Positions 10,884-23,010 of a stretch of DNA of 64,000 bases are shown here, piece after piece. The stretch is taken from assembly GCA_010015585.1 (NCBI GenBank), contig ML975171.1. One strand, 5' to 3'. The notes under the pieces were generated by a model. It saw only the letters and a program-made list of their open reading frames with translations. It made no database searches and was not told the origin of the DNA. The translations under genes were made by a program, and so were the position numbers. This DNA comes from Eremomyces bilateralis CBS 781.70. Its lineage: Eukaryota. The number at the start of each line of letters is the position of its first letter. The first letter of the stretch is position 1.

Positions 10884-13800
10884 ACCCCTCAAAGTACTAC
10901 AAGCCAATATGAGGAAGATGCCGGAAGCGCAACACGCGCTCCTAAACGACGACGCACTCCGAGACATCGGCGTTATACTAATCCAGGAACCATCCTGCTT
11001 TATCGCGAACGACGGCCGCATAATAGCGGCCCCGACCATGCACTCAGCCTTTCAACAGTTCCTCCCAAGCAAGAATCACGAGGAGCTAAGGTATCCGGTC
11101 AGGTCCCTTATCTACGCAAGTCATCAGCTACGCCCAAGACAGATAGCGGTCCCGTCGCCGGACATTACCGCAATCGAGGTGGAATTCGACGGGCGAAACG
11201 TACTCTTTATCTCGGTCTATATACAGCAGGACAACACAATAAGCGACAGTGAGACCACTGTCCAATCGGCGCTAGGTTTGATCGAACCGGTACTCGCGAG
11301 GCTCCCTACCCACGATGTCCTCGTTGCGGGTGATTTTAACCGCCACGATCAACTATGGGGTGGAGACTCAGTCATGACCAACGAAGGGGAGGCTATCGTC
11401 CAGTTTATGCATGAACGCGGACTTCAACTTACCCTCCCAAGGGGTACCCCTACGCATAACTCGGGCACGACAATCGACCTTACGATGGTATCTAGCCGTC
11501 TCTACGACGACCTACTCCGATGCTCCATTTGGCCAGTCGAATATGGATCCGACCATAGAGCGATCGAAACCCACTTCGACCTTAACCTGTACGATAGCAC
11601 AGATGAGCCGAGAAGGCTATTCCGAAAAACGAATTGGACGAAGGTAGCAAAGAACACTAGAGAAGGACTGAAAGGGTTGCAAATCCCACCGAATAAAAAG
11701 ATCTTAAGGGAGGGAATCGATAAGTTTAGCACCCAGCTGGTCCAGATCGTCTCAGACGCGGTCCTCCGGGACACCCCGGTCGCCCGACCATCTGCGTTTT
11801 CGAAGAGGTGGTGGACACTAGACCTCACCAACCTTAGAAACGCGTACACAAGGGCCAGGAACGAAGCGGCGGCAACGCGCCGGGCCAGAACCCCTAATGA
11901 CCGCCTCGAGGCGAGGTCCAAAGAGGCGAGGAAGACGTTCCACGACGCAACCAGGAGGCAACGGAGGACCTGCTGGAAAGAGTTCCTTAACGATAACGAC
12001 AACGTCTGGAAAGCTGCGAAGTTCCTCCATCCAGCCCAGTCTAGCGCGTTTGGAAGGATCTCGGCCCTCCAAACTAATAACGAGCTGGCAACGACTGACC
12101 AGGCAATATCGAAGGAACTCCTCACCCAGTTCTTCGGTCAATCGGCAGACGCCCCGGAACCCCCGGCAACAGAGAACGGGCGACAACACCCCTGGGAAGA
12201 AATCACCAAGGAGGAAGTACGCGCAGCGGTCTATAGAGCCAAGCCGTTCAAGGCACCAGGGCCGGACGGGCTCCCGCCGATAGTCTGGCAGAGGCTTTGG
12301 CCCGAAGTAGGCGACCACATATATGTGCTCCTCCAGGCGTCCGTCCGAGAATCGTACCTCCCGGAACAATGGAAGATCGCACGGATCGTCCCGCTCCGTA
12401 AGCCAGGCAAGCCAGACTACACCCTAGCAAAGGCGTACAGGCCTATCTCCTTACTTACTACGCTAAGTAAGGCGCTAGAGTCAGTACTAGCCGAACGCCT
12501 GTCCTTCCTTGACGAGAAGTACGGGATCCTCCCTAAGGCCCACTTCGGGGCGAGGAAACAGAGGTCGACAATTGACGCCCTCCAGCTAGTTACAGAACAA
12601 AGTCTACCAGGCATGGAAACAGAAGAAGGTTCTCTCATTAATTAGCTTCGACGTGAAGGGTGCCTTCAACGGGGTCAACAGAACGGTGCTATGCCAGAGA
12701 CTCAGGGAACGAGGGATCCCGCCAGAGATTGTACGGTGGGTCCACGAATTCTGTGGCAATCGGAAGGCGTCGATCATGGTCAACGGCACAGAGTCGGAAG
12801 TTATGGACATCGACCACCCCGGGTTACCACAGGGGTCGCCGCTCTCACCCATCCTCTTCCTCTTCTACAACGCAAACCTCGTCGCAGGGAGGATGGTGGA
12901 CCAGTCGGGAACCATGGCCTTCGTGGACGACTTCACGGCGTGGGTTACCGGCCCAAACATGGGAAGTAATATCCGACGAATCCAGAGTCAGGTCCTACCG
13001 AAGGTTGAAAAATGGAGCCAGGATAGCGGGGCACTGTTCGAACCGGATAAGACCCAATTTATCCACTTCACGAAGCGTTTAAGACAGGACGAGGACGAGC
13101 TCCAGCCACTGGTATTTATGGGTCGCGACGTACCGCCGGCCTCAGAGGTCAAACTCCTGGGGGTAGTAATAGACCAGAAACTTGGGTTTCAATCCCACGC
13201 GAGGAGGGCGGCCAAACGAGGCGAAAAAGCGGCTATGGCACTCCAGAGGTTGAAGGGGCTCACCCCGAAGGCAGTCAGGCAGATATTTACAGCGACGGTC
13301 GCGCCAACCACCGACTATGGTGCTCCGATCTGGTTCCCAGGCTCCGCAGGGACAGTAGCCCGTCATATCGAGAGGGCCACCAAACTGGGGGCGAGCGCAA
13401 TCACGGCCATCTTCAGGTCCGCGGCGTACGACGTGGTAACTGCCGAGGCCGGGATCGAATCAGTCCAGGATAGGCTCTACGAACTAACGAGGAAACACTG
13501 GATTAAGATGCATACGAAACCACCGAACCACTATAGCTGGCGACTTATCCGACGCCTGCACAAAACTGAAAGGCATAGGTCACCTCTAGAAGCTACAGCG
13601 GAGATCCTCCAACACGTCAAACTAGATACGCTCGAGAAGGTAGAGGCGTTTGTTAAGCCGCCATGGCAAGACCCACCTTGCGTTGTGATCAACGAGGAGG
13701 CGATTGCAATCGGGAAGGCCACCCAGCTCGGCCTTAGAACCATTTTCACCGATGGATCATGTCGGAACGGCCTAGCGGGTATCGGGATCTATGCCCCGAA

Positions 13801-14656
13801 TATCCCACGTCTCCGTAAAGCTCGCACAATAGGAATAACACCAGGCGTCGATGCCCTTTATACAGAACTGGCCGCCATCTCGGAAGCCATCTCGGAAGCA
13901 GCCGTTAATATCCCCGCACTAGGCCTCGGCCTCGACCACTGTTATATCTTATCGGACTGTAAAAGAGCCCTCGATACGATCAAGACGCCACAGTGGAAAA
14001 GGAGTAGAACCCTCCAAGAGATCTTCCGGAAACTTGCAGAGACAAAGGAAAATGGATTCACGTTCACCTTCCATTGGGTGCCGGCACATAAGGGCGTCCC
14101 CGGCAATGAAGAGGCACACTCCCTTGCCCAATCCGCTACCTCTGCGGGATCGCAGCCGGAGGGGTACACTGAAATACTTCGACACGTAATCCGGCAAGGG
14201 CGAAGACAGCAGGGAGCGAAACGCACGGCTTTCCTGGCCAGGAAGACAGGGCGCTTCGTAAAGGCACTCGACAACGCACTCCCAGGCAGACATACAAGGA
14301 AACTTTACGACAACCTAACGAGAGTCCAAGCAGCGCTCCTCGTCCAAGTCCGATCAGGTTATAGCCGCCTTAACGGCTACCTCCACAGGATCACGAAGGC
14401 CGAAAGCAGCGCCTGCGAGTGCGGGGTAACTGAGACCGTCCGTCACTTCATCCTTGAATGCCCGATATGGGAATCTCAGAGGCGGCAGATAAGGACAATA
14501 GCTGGACCCCGAGCCGGAGACTTAGCGTATCTCGTCGGCGCATACGAATCCGAGGCCAAAGACGGTCCGATCAGGCGGTGGTCTCCGGACCTGAAAGCAG
14601 TGATAGCGACGATACAGTTTGTTAAAGATACAGGAAGACTAGACCCGGGGGTTTAG
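10873..14656 (+). pseudogene. LINE ORF2 (AP endonuclease, reverse transcriptase, RNase H, C-terminal zinc motif) with one frameshift near 12600
   Basis: ILIQEP, AGDFN and GSDH (APE); KAPGPDG, YRPISLL, GLPQGSPLSP and FVDD (RT); FTDGS and WVPAHKGVPGNEEA (RNase H); CECG...HFILECP. Removing one A at gaacaaagtc restores EQVYQAWKQKKVLSLISFDVKGAFN. Confidence 0.9.
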
Positions 14657-15029
14657 CTACCCCTTTCCTCTCTAACTAACTTTCTATTCTACTAACTACA
14701 TGGTCTCCACCCTCTGACCCGACGCTGTGCCCGAGTAAGAGCAGCGTCACTCTAGAACAGAACCTAGAAGGACAGAGACGTCCAGAAACGGACCGTTTTT
14801 ATATACTACCCTTATAATACTCTCCTTTGTTTAATAGACGCGGAAAATGGAAAGCGGCAGGAAGGAACTATATTGACAAGGCCATAAGGACACAAGGCAA
14901 CCATCATGTAATTAGTCATCCTAGCTAGTTCCCCACATGGGCCTCGCAGAGAGGCCTGACGGGCGTATGAATCTCTCTCTCTCTCTCTCTCTCTCATTCA
15001 AGAAAGTATTCATCATATTTCGAACGGTT

Positions 15030-15607
15030 TTAAAACTCCTTGCCGTCCGAAACTACATCCTCATCATTCCTCTGCATTTGGCATTTCTCGTGGTCCTTTA
15101 GGTATGATCGCAGGTGTCGGATACTACCAAGATGTTTGGGACATAGCATAAGCTGACAGCCAAAACGGTCCTTTTCCTCCCTAAGTATACGTAAAGGAAC
15201 TTCGTAGTACGAATCGATCTTGAGGTACGAAAAGAGCCGTAGTGCGGTTATGTTGATTATACGCATGTTATGAACGATCGACTCTGGGCCGTTTTGTAAA
15301 CGAAGCTGGATTGGGAAGGGCTTTTTCTTGGTGGGGGAGATAGGGAGGTATTCGCCATCGGGACGCAATTTAGAAGTGATCTAAAATGGTTAATCAAGGC
15401 TTTTCTCAGCTTCCAGATGAGAGTACTAACTGTCATAACCTTGACATAACCTTTTCGCTGCGGAATCCAATCAAGAACAAGTACCCTATGGCAGAGTACA
15501 ATGCTTGGAATATCCGGAAATACGACACCAAGCCCGGCGCATTCTGCTTCGCTTCGGAATGAATAAATCCTCCCTTCAACGCTGTTCCGTGGCCCCATTG
15601 CTGTCAC
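15030..15607 (-). pseudogene. Possible degraded gene with a degenerate zinc-finger-like segment
   Basis: Two overlapping minus-strand ORFs; CQLMLCPKHLGSIRHLRSYLKDHEK resembles C2H2 spacing; no clean start found. Confidence 0.25.
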
Positions 15608-16540
15608 TAAATAATGGCGATAATTTCGAGATAAAATAAAGCTGCGGGAACCGGTTAAAGACTCACTTCTCCATGTTATAAGGAATGGCCGATTTTAATC
15701 ATCAGCTGGATGCATAAAGAGCACAGGTTTATGCAACAACGTTGCACAGCATAACCAACCGGTGAGTTATTAGATTTCTAGAGCGGGTAGAGATACTTAA
15801 TGCATGTTGGCAATGTACCAGGCAGAGGAGAAGATTCCTAAAACCGAGACTTAAAAGCGAGTTCTCATGATTCTGAAAACTGCTCTCAGGTTCGAAACTG
15901 CTCCAGCTAAAAATAGAAACCTCCACAGTCGCCGCTTATCCAATACCATATAGTTGATTTTTCCAGTCTCTTTACAGTATTGTATCAGAACTCTGCATCG
16001 GAAATGACGTTGGGAAGTACCTATGATAGAGCTTGACCGGAAGAATCCTGGCGAGGAACCGGAGAATGCTCCCCGCTTCCTATTGCTGTTTTCAGATACA
16101 CCGGAATGCGAGACTTCGACGATTGGACAGCGTAGGACGGCGCTCTCCAGATAGTACAGCTGATACTATCAATGCAATGATATAATTTCTTATAACTGTC
16201 TCATCCTCGCCTGCATTCTGGGTTCTGTTGGAAATCAGAGTTTATTACTTAGTCATCACACAAGATTCCTTTCCTTATTTTGTACCTTACGTAATCCTAG
16301 TTATATCTACCTTGCAAGGTTTTCTACCTTTCACAAATACAAGCATCTCATTCCATCTGTCGGAAAACCTATTGTTTCCGTGGTCGATTAACACGTTTAA
16401 ACCAATCAACAGGTTCGCATCGTTCGATTGTACGTCTAAAATATTATCCGGAGCCATTTAAGACTTCTACGATCACTTAAATCCTCTACTACTTCGGTCC
16501 TAATTTGGCATAAACTCAACCAAGAAGAGCTCACACCAAG

Positions 16541-18337
16541 ATGTCGCAGGACCAAAAATGGCCTTCGCTTGAAACGATCCGAAACGAACGCGGGAGGTCC
16601 CTGAATCAATGCATCATTGACACCTATAAAAACCAAGACGAATCAAATTGGAAGTCTCTTAATTTCTCCAGAAGATTGAAATGCTTTTATCTAGGTCGGA
16701 GGAGGGGCTTAAGGACAATCACTTTAGATGCTTCCAAAGGCCAAGCAGATTATGTTGCCGTCTCCTATCCTTGGCATCCATCTCCAGGCGAAAATGACTC
16801 ACGAGGGGGATACTCACTCGAGAGCGGGGAACGCACTCAGGTTCGCGACATTGTTATCGATAGGATCATCGATTTCATCAAAGATACCGGAGAGATGATA
16901 CCTTTTTGGGTGGACCAGCTCTCCATCAACCAAAAAGATGAAAGCAAGAAAATGGTTGCCGTCAATTCTATGGATCTTGTATATAAGAACTGTCTGTACG
17001 CTGTTGGGCTCCTTGCGGCTAATATCCAAACCCAACAAGAGATGGATCTTCTTGCGCGGTTCATGAACGGTGACTTTTCCCAACAGCAAACCTGGAAGCT
17101 TAGATTGCTAGCCCTCTTGTTCCGCATTGTTAGTGATCAATTCTGGGAAAGAGCTTGGATATTTCAAGAAGATTACATGGCTGGAATGAAAATGTGGCTC
17201 CTTATCCGTCATAAACCTGGTCTTCAGAAACCTTCTCATCTGGGGACTCTCCCAGAGGATATTAAGATCCAATCATTTGATTTTAAAGACAGGGCCACTA
17301 AGTTCTGTTTAAGATATCGCAAACACCCAAAGATCAATGCCTCTGCGAAAGAGTGGTGTAACACCATTCTCCAAAAGGCACCCAAATATTCTGCGCTTCA
17401 CGACTATGGTTATGATGGCTATGGGAGCCGGAGCCAAAAATCCATGACGATCCGTATCCTAGAAGACTTGGGTAGTCGTGGCATCAGGCACCAAAAAGAC
17501 CTTTTGCCAATTATTGCCAATGTCTGTGGCTATGACCGTCGCATTAGTACCAAAGACAACACATTCTCAAGTGTCAGTCTGAGCCTCATGACTCAACATC
17601 TACTAAATGGAGAAATTATTAGGAACGATATAAGGGGTAATACTGAAAAGGGTGTTTTCGATTTCCTAGCAGGCCAAGCCCTGAATATAGATGTTCCTGA
17701 TTCCCTAGGTAGTGGAGCATCGACCTTTATTAAGCATTGCCGACTCTCGGTTATCAACCTTTCCCGAACTGGAATTCATGCTAGTGGGATTCTTTGGAAG
17801 TCTTACAAACGGATCCCACCATATAATCACTGGAATCGGTGGAGAGATCCAAAATTATATCTACTTGATTTCCTTCGCCGTGAAGGGCATCATCCACTTG
17901 CGGAAGATATTGAGAGAGTTTTCTTTCCAATAAATAGCACACCACCTGGATGGTCAGCTGGACGAGTGCAGGAAATCATGGCTGATCATATAGTCGATGA
18001 AGTCAAACAAGGGAAATCCCTCCGACTGGCACGTCCAGTTGGTGACGGTTCTCTAAAAAGAAGCCCCTACCGTGGTATCTTTACTTCAGATAACCCGGAA
18101 GACTCGGATACATATGTTTTCACATCTTGGGACCGGGCAGGGGAATATATACGACACGGTAGGAGTATGACGACTCCAGCCAATTTCGCCTTTTTAGAAG
18201 TCGAACATAACGGAACTCGATATAGAGCAACAAGATTAAGAACAAAACAGTGGGTAAATGGATTGTTCTTCTTCTCCGGGGAATCACTACATGAATTCGT
18301 TTTTCCATTGCCAGAGGCACTATTTGGTCGGCCATAA
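16541..18337 (+). CDS. HET (heterokaryon incompatibility) domain protein
   Basis: YVAVSYPW, FWVDQLSINQ, MDLVY and FWERAWIFQE match the three conserved HET blocks. Confidence 0.9.
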   Translation: MSQDQKWPSLETIRNERGRSLNQCIIDTYKNQDESNWKSLNFSRRLKCFYLGRRRGLRTITLDASKGQADYVAVSYPWHPSPGENDSRGGYSLESGERTQVRDIVIDRIIDFIKDTGEMIPFWVDQLSINQKDESKKMVAVNSMDLVYKNCLYAVGLLAANIQTQQEMDLLARFMNGDFSQQQTWKLRLLALLFRIVSDQFWERAWIFQEDYMAGMKMWLLIRHKPGLQKPSHLGTLPEDIKIQSFDFKDRATKFCLRYRKHPKINASAKEWCNTILQKAPKYSALHDYGYDGYGSRSQKSMTIRILEDLGSRGIRHQKDLLPIIANVCGYDRRISTKDNTFSSVSLSLMTQHLLNGEIIRNDIRGNTEKGVFDFLAGQALNIDVPDSLGSGASTFIKHCRLSVINLSRTGIHASGILWKSYKRIPPYNHWNRWRDPKLYLLDFLRREGHHPLAEDIERVFFPINSTPPGWSAGRVQEIMADHIVDEVKQGKSLRLARPVGDGSLKRSPYRGIFTSDNPEDSDTYVFTSWDRAGEYIRHGRSMTTPANFAFLEVEHNGTRYRATRLRTKQWVNGLFFFSGESLHEFVFPLPEALFGRP

Positions 18338-18583
18338 AAGAGTATTCATTCATAGGAGAGTGTTCTTAAGAGAGCAAGTAGGTGTATATAGGAGAGCGGG
18401 TGGCAGAGCACTTGATTTGCAATATTTCTTTCCGCTATAGCGGCCTGACCTTGGTGTTTATGCTCCGCCTTCTTATCTACGGCACTCTAGTGTCTACGAC
18501 TTGATGACATCTACGACAATGATGGCCCTATTTCTCGGGTTCCGCAATTGAATGCTTGATAACTGTTCTTTCCATTATGGGGC

Positions 18584-19134
18584 TCAATTGAAAAAAGGTA
18601 TGATTATCTCTGGTGGAATATGGTTTATAGCAAGCCACTCTGAGCGCTGGATGATTCGGAAATCAATACCAAACTTTCGCCCAATCTCCGTCATAGGGAA
18701 AAGAATTGTATATTCATCAGGAGACATCCAACCCTCCATTTGGACAATGCAGTTGTCGAACTGTATGGTCAGAGTGTGTGATTGAAATTTAGACGTATCA
18801 ATCTCAGCCACGAACACATCACGGTATCTCGACGCTCTAAAGAGTGACGCTCGTCTCCGGGCATGTTCTATGATGATGGTTAAATAAGTATCTCGCTAGC
18901 TTTAACGAAATCACCCCTACCTCGGTTATCAAATAGAGAAATGAATGGGCTTGGCTCCAGTGATGTATCCTTCCCATCGAGATGCCTCCGCACCTTTGTT
19001 GGATTGAACCAATGACAGAAGTCCATCCAATACCTGCCCTTTGCCACAAATCCGATGTCTGGCTCATAATGAGTGAATGAATTCCTATGTTGGGCACGCC
19101 AAAGCCTCGGCCTTGGCCGATGACTAGAATTCAT
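18584..19134 (-). CDS. Small ADP-ribosyltransferase-like (DUF7587-type) protein, 165 aa
   Basis: Intron 18868-18920 joins two ORFs in frame. LWRAQH, SPFISLF and SEWLAINHIP follow the R-S-E ART order. Confidence 0.55.
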
Positions 19135-19897
19135 GATATGTCGAAGAGGCTGAAATGCAAACTGTCCGAGCTGGGGGCGAGCAGAACGAACCTGTGCATG
19201 AAAAAGGGGAAGCTGATGTTGCAAGGTTCTGTAGTATTAAACCAAACGAAAGATAAAGATGAAGCAAAAGTGAAGAGAAGGAGGAGAGAAATCCCTCCTA
19301 TATAGTTTCTCGACTCTCTTGTGTACTCTAACCTCGCGTGTGCTGTCAATGGTTACACAACATACTTCATCTATAGTCAGGTCATAAGACCACCAACCTC
19401 CTCGCTTCTGGTATCGATCCCAAAGGAGTACAGCTCGACTTGTTACACGTACTGCATGTTGCTGACGCAGATTAATGTACCATCCAGACTAATGAACTTT
19501 GATTATGAACCATCAACGTCTATGTAGCTTTTGCTCACAGCTAGAGTAGTCAACCTGCTCCGACGAAAAGGAGTTGCGGAACTCATCCAAGTCTTCCCAG
19601 TTGAATATTACTAGGTCTGAGTCGAGCATATATAGAGGTCGAGCTCAACTCAGACGCCGGACTAAGGTATGTTGGAATACGCCACCGAGGCGTTGCAGCA
19701 GGCAGCAGCTCTTGGAAAACATTGGGAGAGCCACGGGTGCAGGGCATGCTCGCTCTTGGCGTTCCAACCCCCAAAGCATTCAACACAGAGCCCATCATCT
19801 CCATAATCACCAAATCAAAACACGTCCACTACGTCAATATGGTACGCTACCGAATATCTTTCTCGATTTATGCTGATCTTACTAGGGGCTTGAAATC

Positions 19898-20265
19898 TTG
19901 GAGGATAGCGAAGCATGGGAGCAGATGGACGATCTCCTTACATTTTCCCACACAAAGGTCATCCTCCGCGACGGCTCGCAGTATTTCTTTGCTATCACCG
20001 ATCGCCGTTATTCTCCTTCCTCCAAGATCGATCCATCCACTCTCAAGCTTCATCCGATTCCAATCTCGCGGATCTGGCCAGTATTTCCAGCGAACTATAC
20101 ACGAGCGGCGAACCCCCTACCTCCAAATTCATATGTGAAACGGCCTCGCTTGCTCTATTATGGAGACAGCGAGGCATCGACGGATATAAGTCTGCTGCTA
20201 CATGAAGCTCAAATTTACGAGGTTTTGGCGAAGTCCCCGCATCCAAACATTGTAAGATACCTGGG
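19898..20265 (+). pseudogene. Fungal Ser/Thr protein kinase N-terminal part, disrupted by a Tc1-like insertion
   Basis: YVKRP...EAQIYEVL...HPNIVRYLG; removing the transposon gives YLGCE. No C-lobe is recognisable afterwards. Confidence 0.8.
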
Positions 20266-21728
20266 CCCAGCGGGTGACACAAAAAGCGAGACTCACAAAT
20301 TGCCGATGTTTGCCCGCCCCCTTGCAAAGTACTCTGTAGATATCAACAATCAATAATTAATTCATCTGCCATGGTTTATACACGCTCTCAAGCTCAAAAG
20401 GCTTCTAAAAATGCCCAAAATCCCGGTCCTCACCATGATACTCCAAAAAAGTCCCGTGTTCGCGGCGAAATCGAGCATGAACGAGTGCGACGGAGACTAT
20501 ATGGTTTCGAGACGACGCCCTCGAACAATTCAATATTCCACCGTAACGGCATACCTAAATCATCCGGTTATCGAATTATAAAGTCTTCTCGAGGAAACCG
20601 ACGAACTTGTGAAAAAGAAACACGCGGTCGGAAGCCAATCATCAGCCCTACGCAGCTCGCAATGCTCGATCAGTTGGTAGAAGAGATGGACTCTCAAGAC
20701 AGAGAAATGACGTGGGAAACCCTCGCTACAGAGGCTGATATTGATTGCTCAGGACGTACGATACAAAGAGCAATGCAATCGCTTGATTACCATAAATGTA
20801 TCGCTTGTCGAAAGGCCTGGGTTTCAAAGCAATTGGCTACTAAGCGTGTCGCATACGCGAAAAAGATGCTCGCCAAATACCCTACGCCAGAGCACTGGAA
20901 ACACGTCAGATTTAGCGATGAAGTTCACTTTGGCCTTGGGCCCCAAGGCAAGACTTTGATTATCCGGAAACGAGGCCAACGGTATTGTTCAAAATGCATT
21001 CAACGCGTCGATGATCCCGATGAGGAAGATAAGAAGAAAGTCCACGCTTGGGCAGCCGTCGGGTACAATTTCAAAGGGCCACTCGTATTCTACGAGATCC
21101 CGAGCAATACAAACGGGAAGATGACGCAGGAGTGCTATCTTAACGATATCCTAAAGCCTGTCGTTGGCGGATGGCTCGTAAATGGAGACTATTTCGTGCT
21201 TGAGGAGGATCAGGATAGCGGTCACGCACCACCAAGATCTACGAAGACAAAGCCTTCCGCCGCCTCGAGGTGGAAAACGGAAGTAGGACTTCATTGTTTC
21301 TTTAATTGCGCAGGATCTCCGGAGCTCTCGATCATCGAGGACTGTTGGCAACCGATCAAAAGATATGTAAGGAAATACAGGCATTGGGAACCCGAGGAAA
21401 CGGTACAATTAGCAAAAGAGGCATGGTACGAGCGTCTTAATCAGGAATGGATTAATAAACGGGTGCTTTCTATACCTGATCGGCTACGTAAAGTCATCGA
21501 GTCTGATGGGCAGCTTATTGGTTATGGCGGTGGAATGCCGGGCTAACCGCCACGCTTTTTATATATATACAAAAGCTATGGGTGCGAATAGCTTCAAACT
21601 TGCTTATATTCAAATTGAAATTAATTTAGTTACGTGGTTGTTGAGATATCCTATATTGTATACAAATTTGTATGGTGTGGTGGTGCCAAGCCCAATTATG
21701 AGTCTCGCTTTTTGTGTCACCCGCTGGG
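20266..21728 (+). mobile_element. Tc1/IS630-like DNA transposon with ~30-bp perfect TIRs
   Basis: TIR cccagcgggtgacacaaaaagcgagactca at both ends; direct duplication ctggg at 20261-20265 and 21729-21733. Confidence 0.95.
20371..21546 (+). CDS. Tc1-like DDE transposase, intact
   Basis: RGRKP and HTH-like region; FSDEVH, LEEDQDSGH and SPELSIIEDCW supply the catalytic triad. Confidence 0.92.
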   Translation: MVYTRSQAQKASKNAQNPGPHHDTPKKSRVRGEIEHERVRRRLYGFETTPSNNSIFHRNGIPKSSGYRIIKSSRGNRRTCEKETRGRKPIISPTQLAMLDQLVEEMDSQDREMTWETLATEADIDCSGRTIQRAMQSLDYHKCIACRKAWVSKQLATKRVAYAKKMLAKYPTPEHWKHVRFSDEVHFGLGPQGKTLIIRKRGQRYCSKCIQRVDDPDEEDKKKVHAWAAVGYNFKGPLVFYEIPSNTNGKMTQECYLNDILKPVVGGWLVNGDYFVLEEDQDSGHAPPRSTKTKPSAASRWKTEVGLHCFFNCAGSPELSIIEDCWQPIKRYVRKYRHWEPEETVQLAKEAWYERLNQEWINKRVLSIPDRLRKVIESDGQLIGYGGGMPG

Positions 21729-22422
21729 CTGGGGTGCGAAATCATGTCTTGGCATAAACCATCATGCCAAGATATGGAAAGCAAACCAATGGGAGGCAGT
21801 TGATAAGTTGATTTGAGACCAGGGGGTTCCATAGAAAGATGAACTGACCCTTTTGATTCCGTCCATTTTCAATATCCAGGGAAGGTTTTTTTGTGCCTGC
21901 CATCCTGCCTTCATCCCGCCTTTCATGCTATATACCCGTGACAGCCATCAATTCCTGACAGTTCCTAGATGGCCCCCCTTAAACGGCTGTTCTGCGAAGA
22001 TGACGGCTAATTCCTACGCTCCAGCGCACGCAACCCGTCACACGCAGTTCGGGTTCGGACGCTTCTTAGGGCACATGCTTCGCAACCATACGCATAGCTT
22101 CGCAGCCGAAGATGTTTGGCACAGCTTTCTCCACACTCTTCTTTGCGTGTTTTTCTTACCACACGCTATTTGATGGCAGGCACTTGGTCACACGCATACT
22201 CTCGCACACTTCCAGCCCCACATCCCCTGACTCTGCACGACCGTTACCGTAGACCTTCCGCGTTTGCAGCTTTGTTGTTGTAGGCTCCCCTAACTGGTAC
22301 GCCACTCACCGCACACTCTTGAGCTCACGCTCAGGAGCTGTTATCTAAGATTGTTCGTGGGCTAGGCTTTGGATTAAATTTCTTTTGCGTGTACATACAT
22401 GTATGCTCACTTCCGAAGATAC

Positions 22423-22587
22423 ATATCTGAAAGCTTGTATTTCCAGGGAATTGGAAATGTAGATGAGGAAATTGATTCCTATTTTTAGAAACCTGCTAAA
22501 TGGGTTCCCAAATTTAGGACCTATGTTCTCAGGAATCCGGAAAAGGGTCCCAGTGCGGATCCGACGCTAAATTTAGAACTACCAGTG
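22423..22587 (+). repeat. Dispersed non-coding element, copy 2
   Basis: Highly similar to 7154-7258 over about 105 bp, with a 6-bp insertion. The 3' part (ttctcaggaatcc...gcggatc...actaccagtg) matches copy 4. Confidence 0.85.
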
Positions 22588-22655
22588 TCTCCTTTTATGT
22601 CGCTCATCTCGCATTATAGTTTACGATACTAAAACTAACTCTCGGCTCGCTAAGG

Positions 22656-23010
22656 ATGGCTCGATACGATCAGAAAAAGGCAAGACCTAAGCGCGATAGG
22701 ACAAACGAGAATTTTAGAAAGGGAGTAAATGGATTCCTCCTGCGAGGGGAAAAACTTCGGCGGAAGTATCATGCCGACGTTTATATACTAGTACGTCGTG
22801 ATCGGAAGCTCTATTCCTATGACTCAGGTAGTAAATGCTGGGTTCCAACTCAAGAGGAATTAGTAAGTTAATACCTTTAATAACTTATATGGATTAACTG
22901 TTTTCTAGGAAAACTACTACCCTCTACCAGTAAAGAGGTCGCCAGCATATTACCTACATGATACTTCAGATGTAACCAGATCAGAAGAGCAGACAAATCC
23001 ATCTACTTAG
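22656..23010 (+). CDS. Small degenerate MADS-box (SRF-like) protein
   Basis: RTNENFRKGVNGFLLRGEKLRRKYHADVYILV...LYSYDS resembles a MADS box. Intron 22863-22908 leads to ENYYPLP... and a stop at 23010. Confidence 0.65.

Larger units (their letters stand above)
9507..14993 (+). mobile_element. Full-length Tad1-like non-LTR retrotransposon (LINE)
   Basis: Gag-like ORF1 plus APE-RT-RNaseH ORF2; 13-bp TSD tcattcaagaaag at 9494-9506 and 14994-15006; (TC)n 3' tail. Confidence 0.95.

Noticed and set aside
9779..14293. Many antisense and alternate-frame ORFs over the LINE
   Set aside because: These are shadow ORFs of GC-rich coding sequence with no recognisable motifs.
21860..22330. CACACGC-rich stretch after the Tc1 element
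   Set aside because: No fixed period or alignable unit; could be compositional bias.
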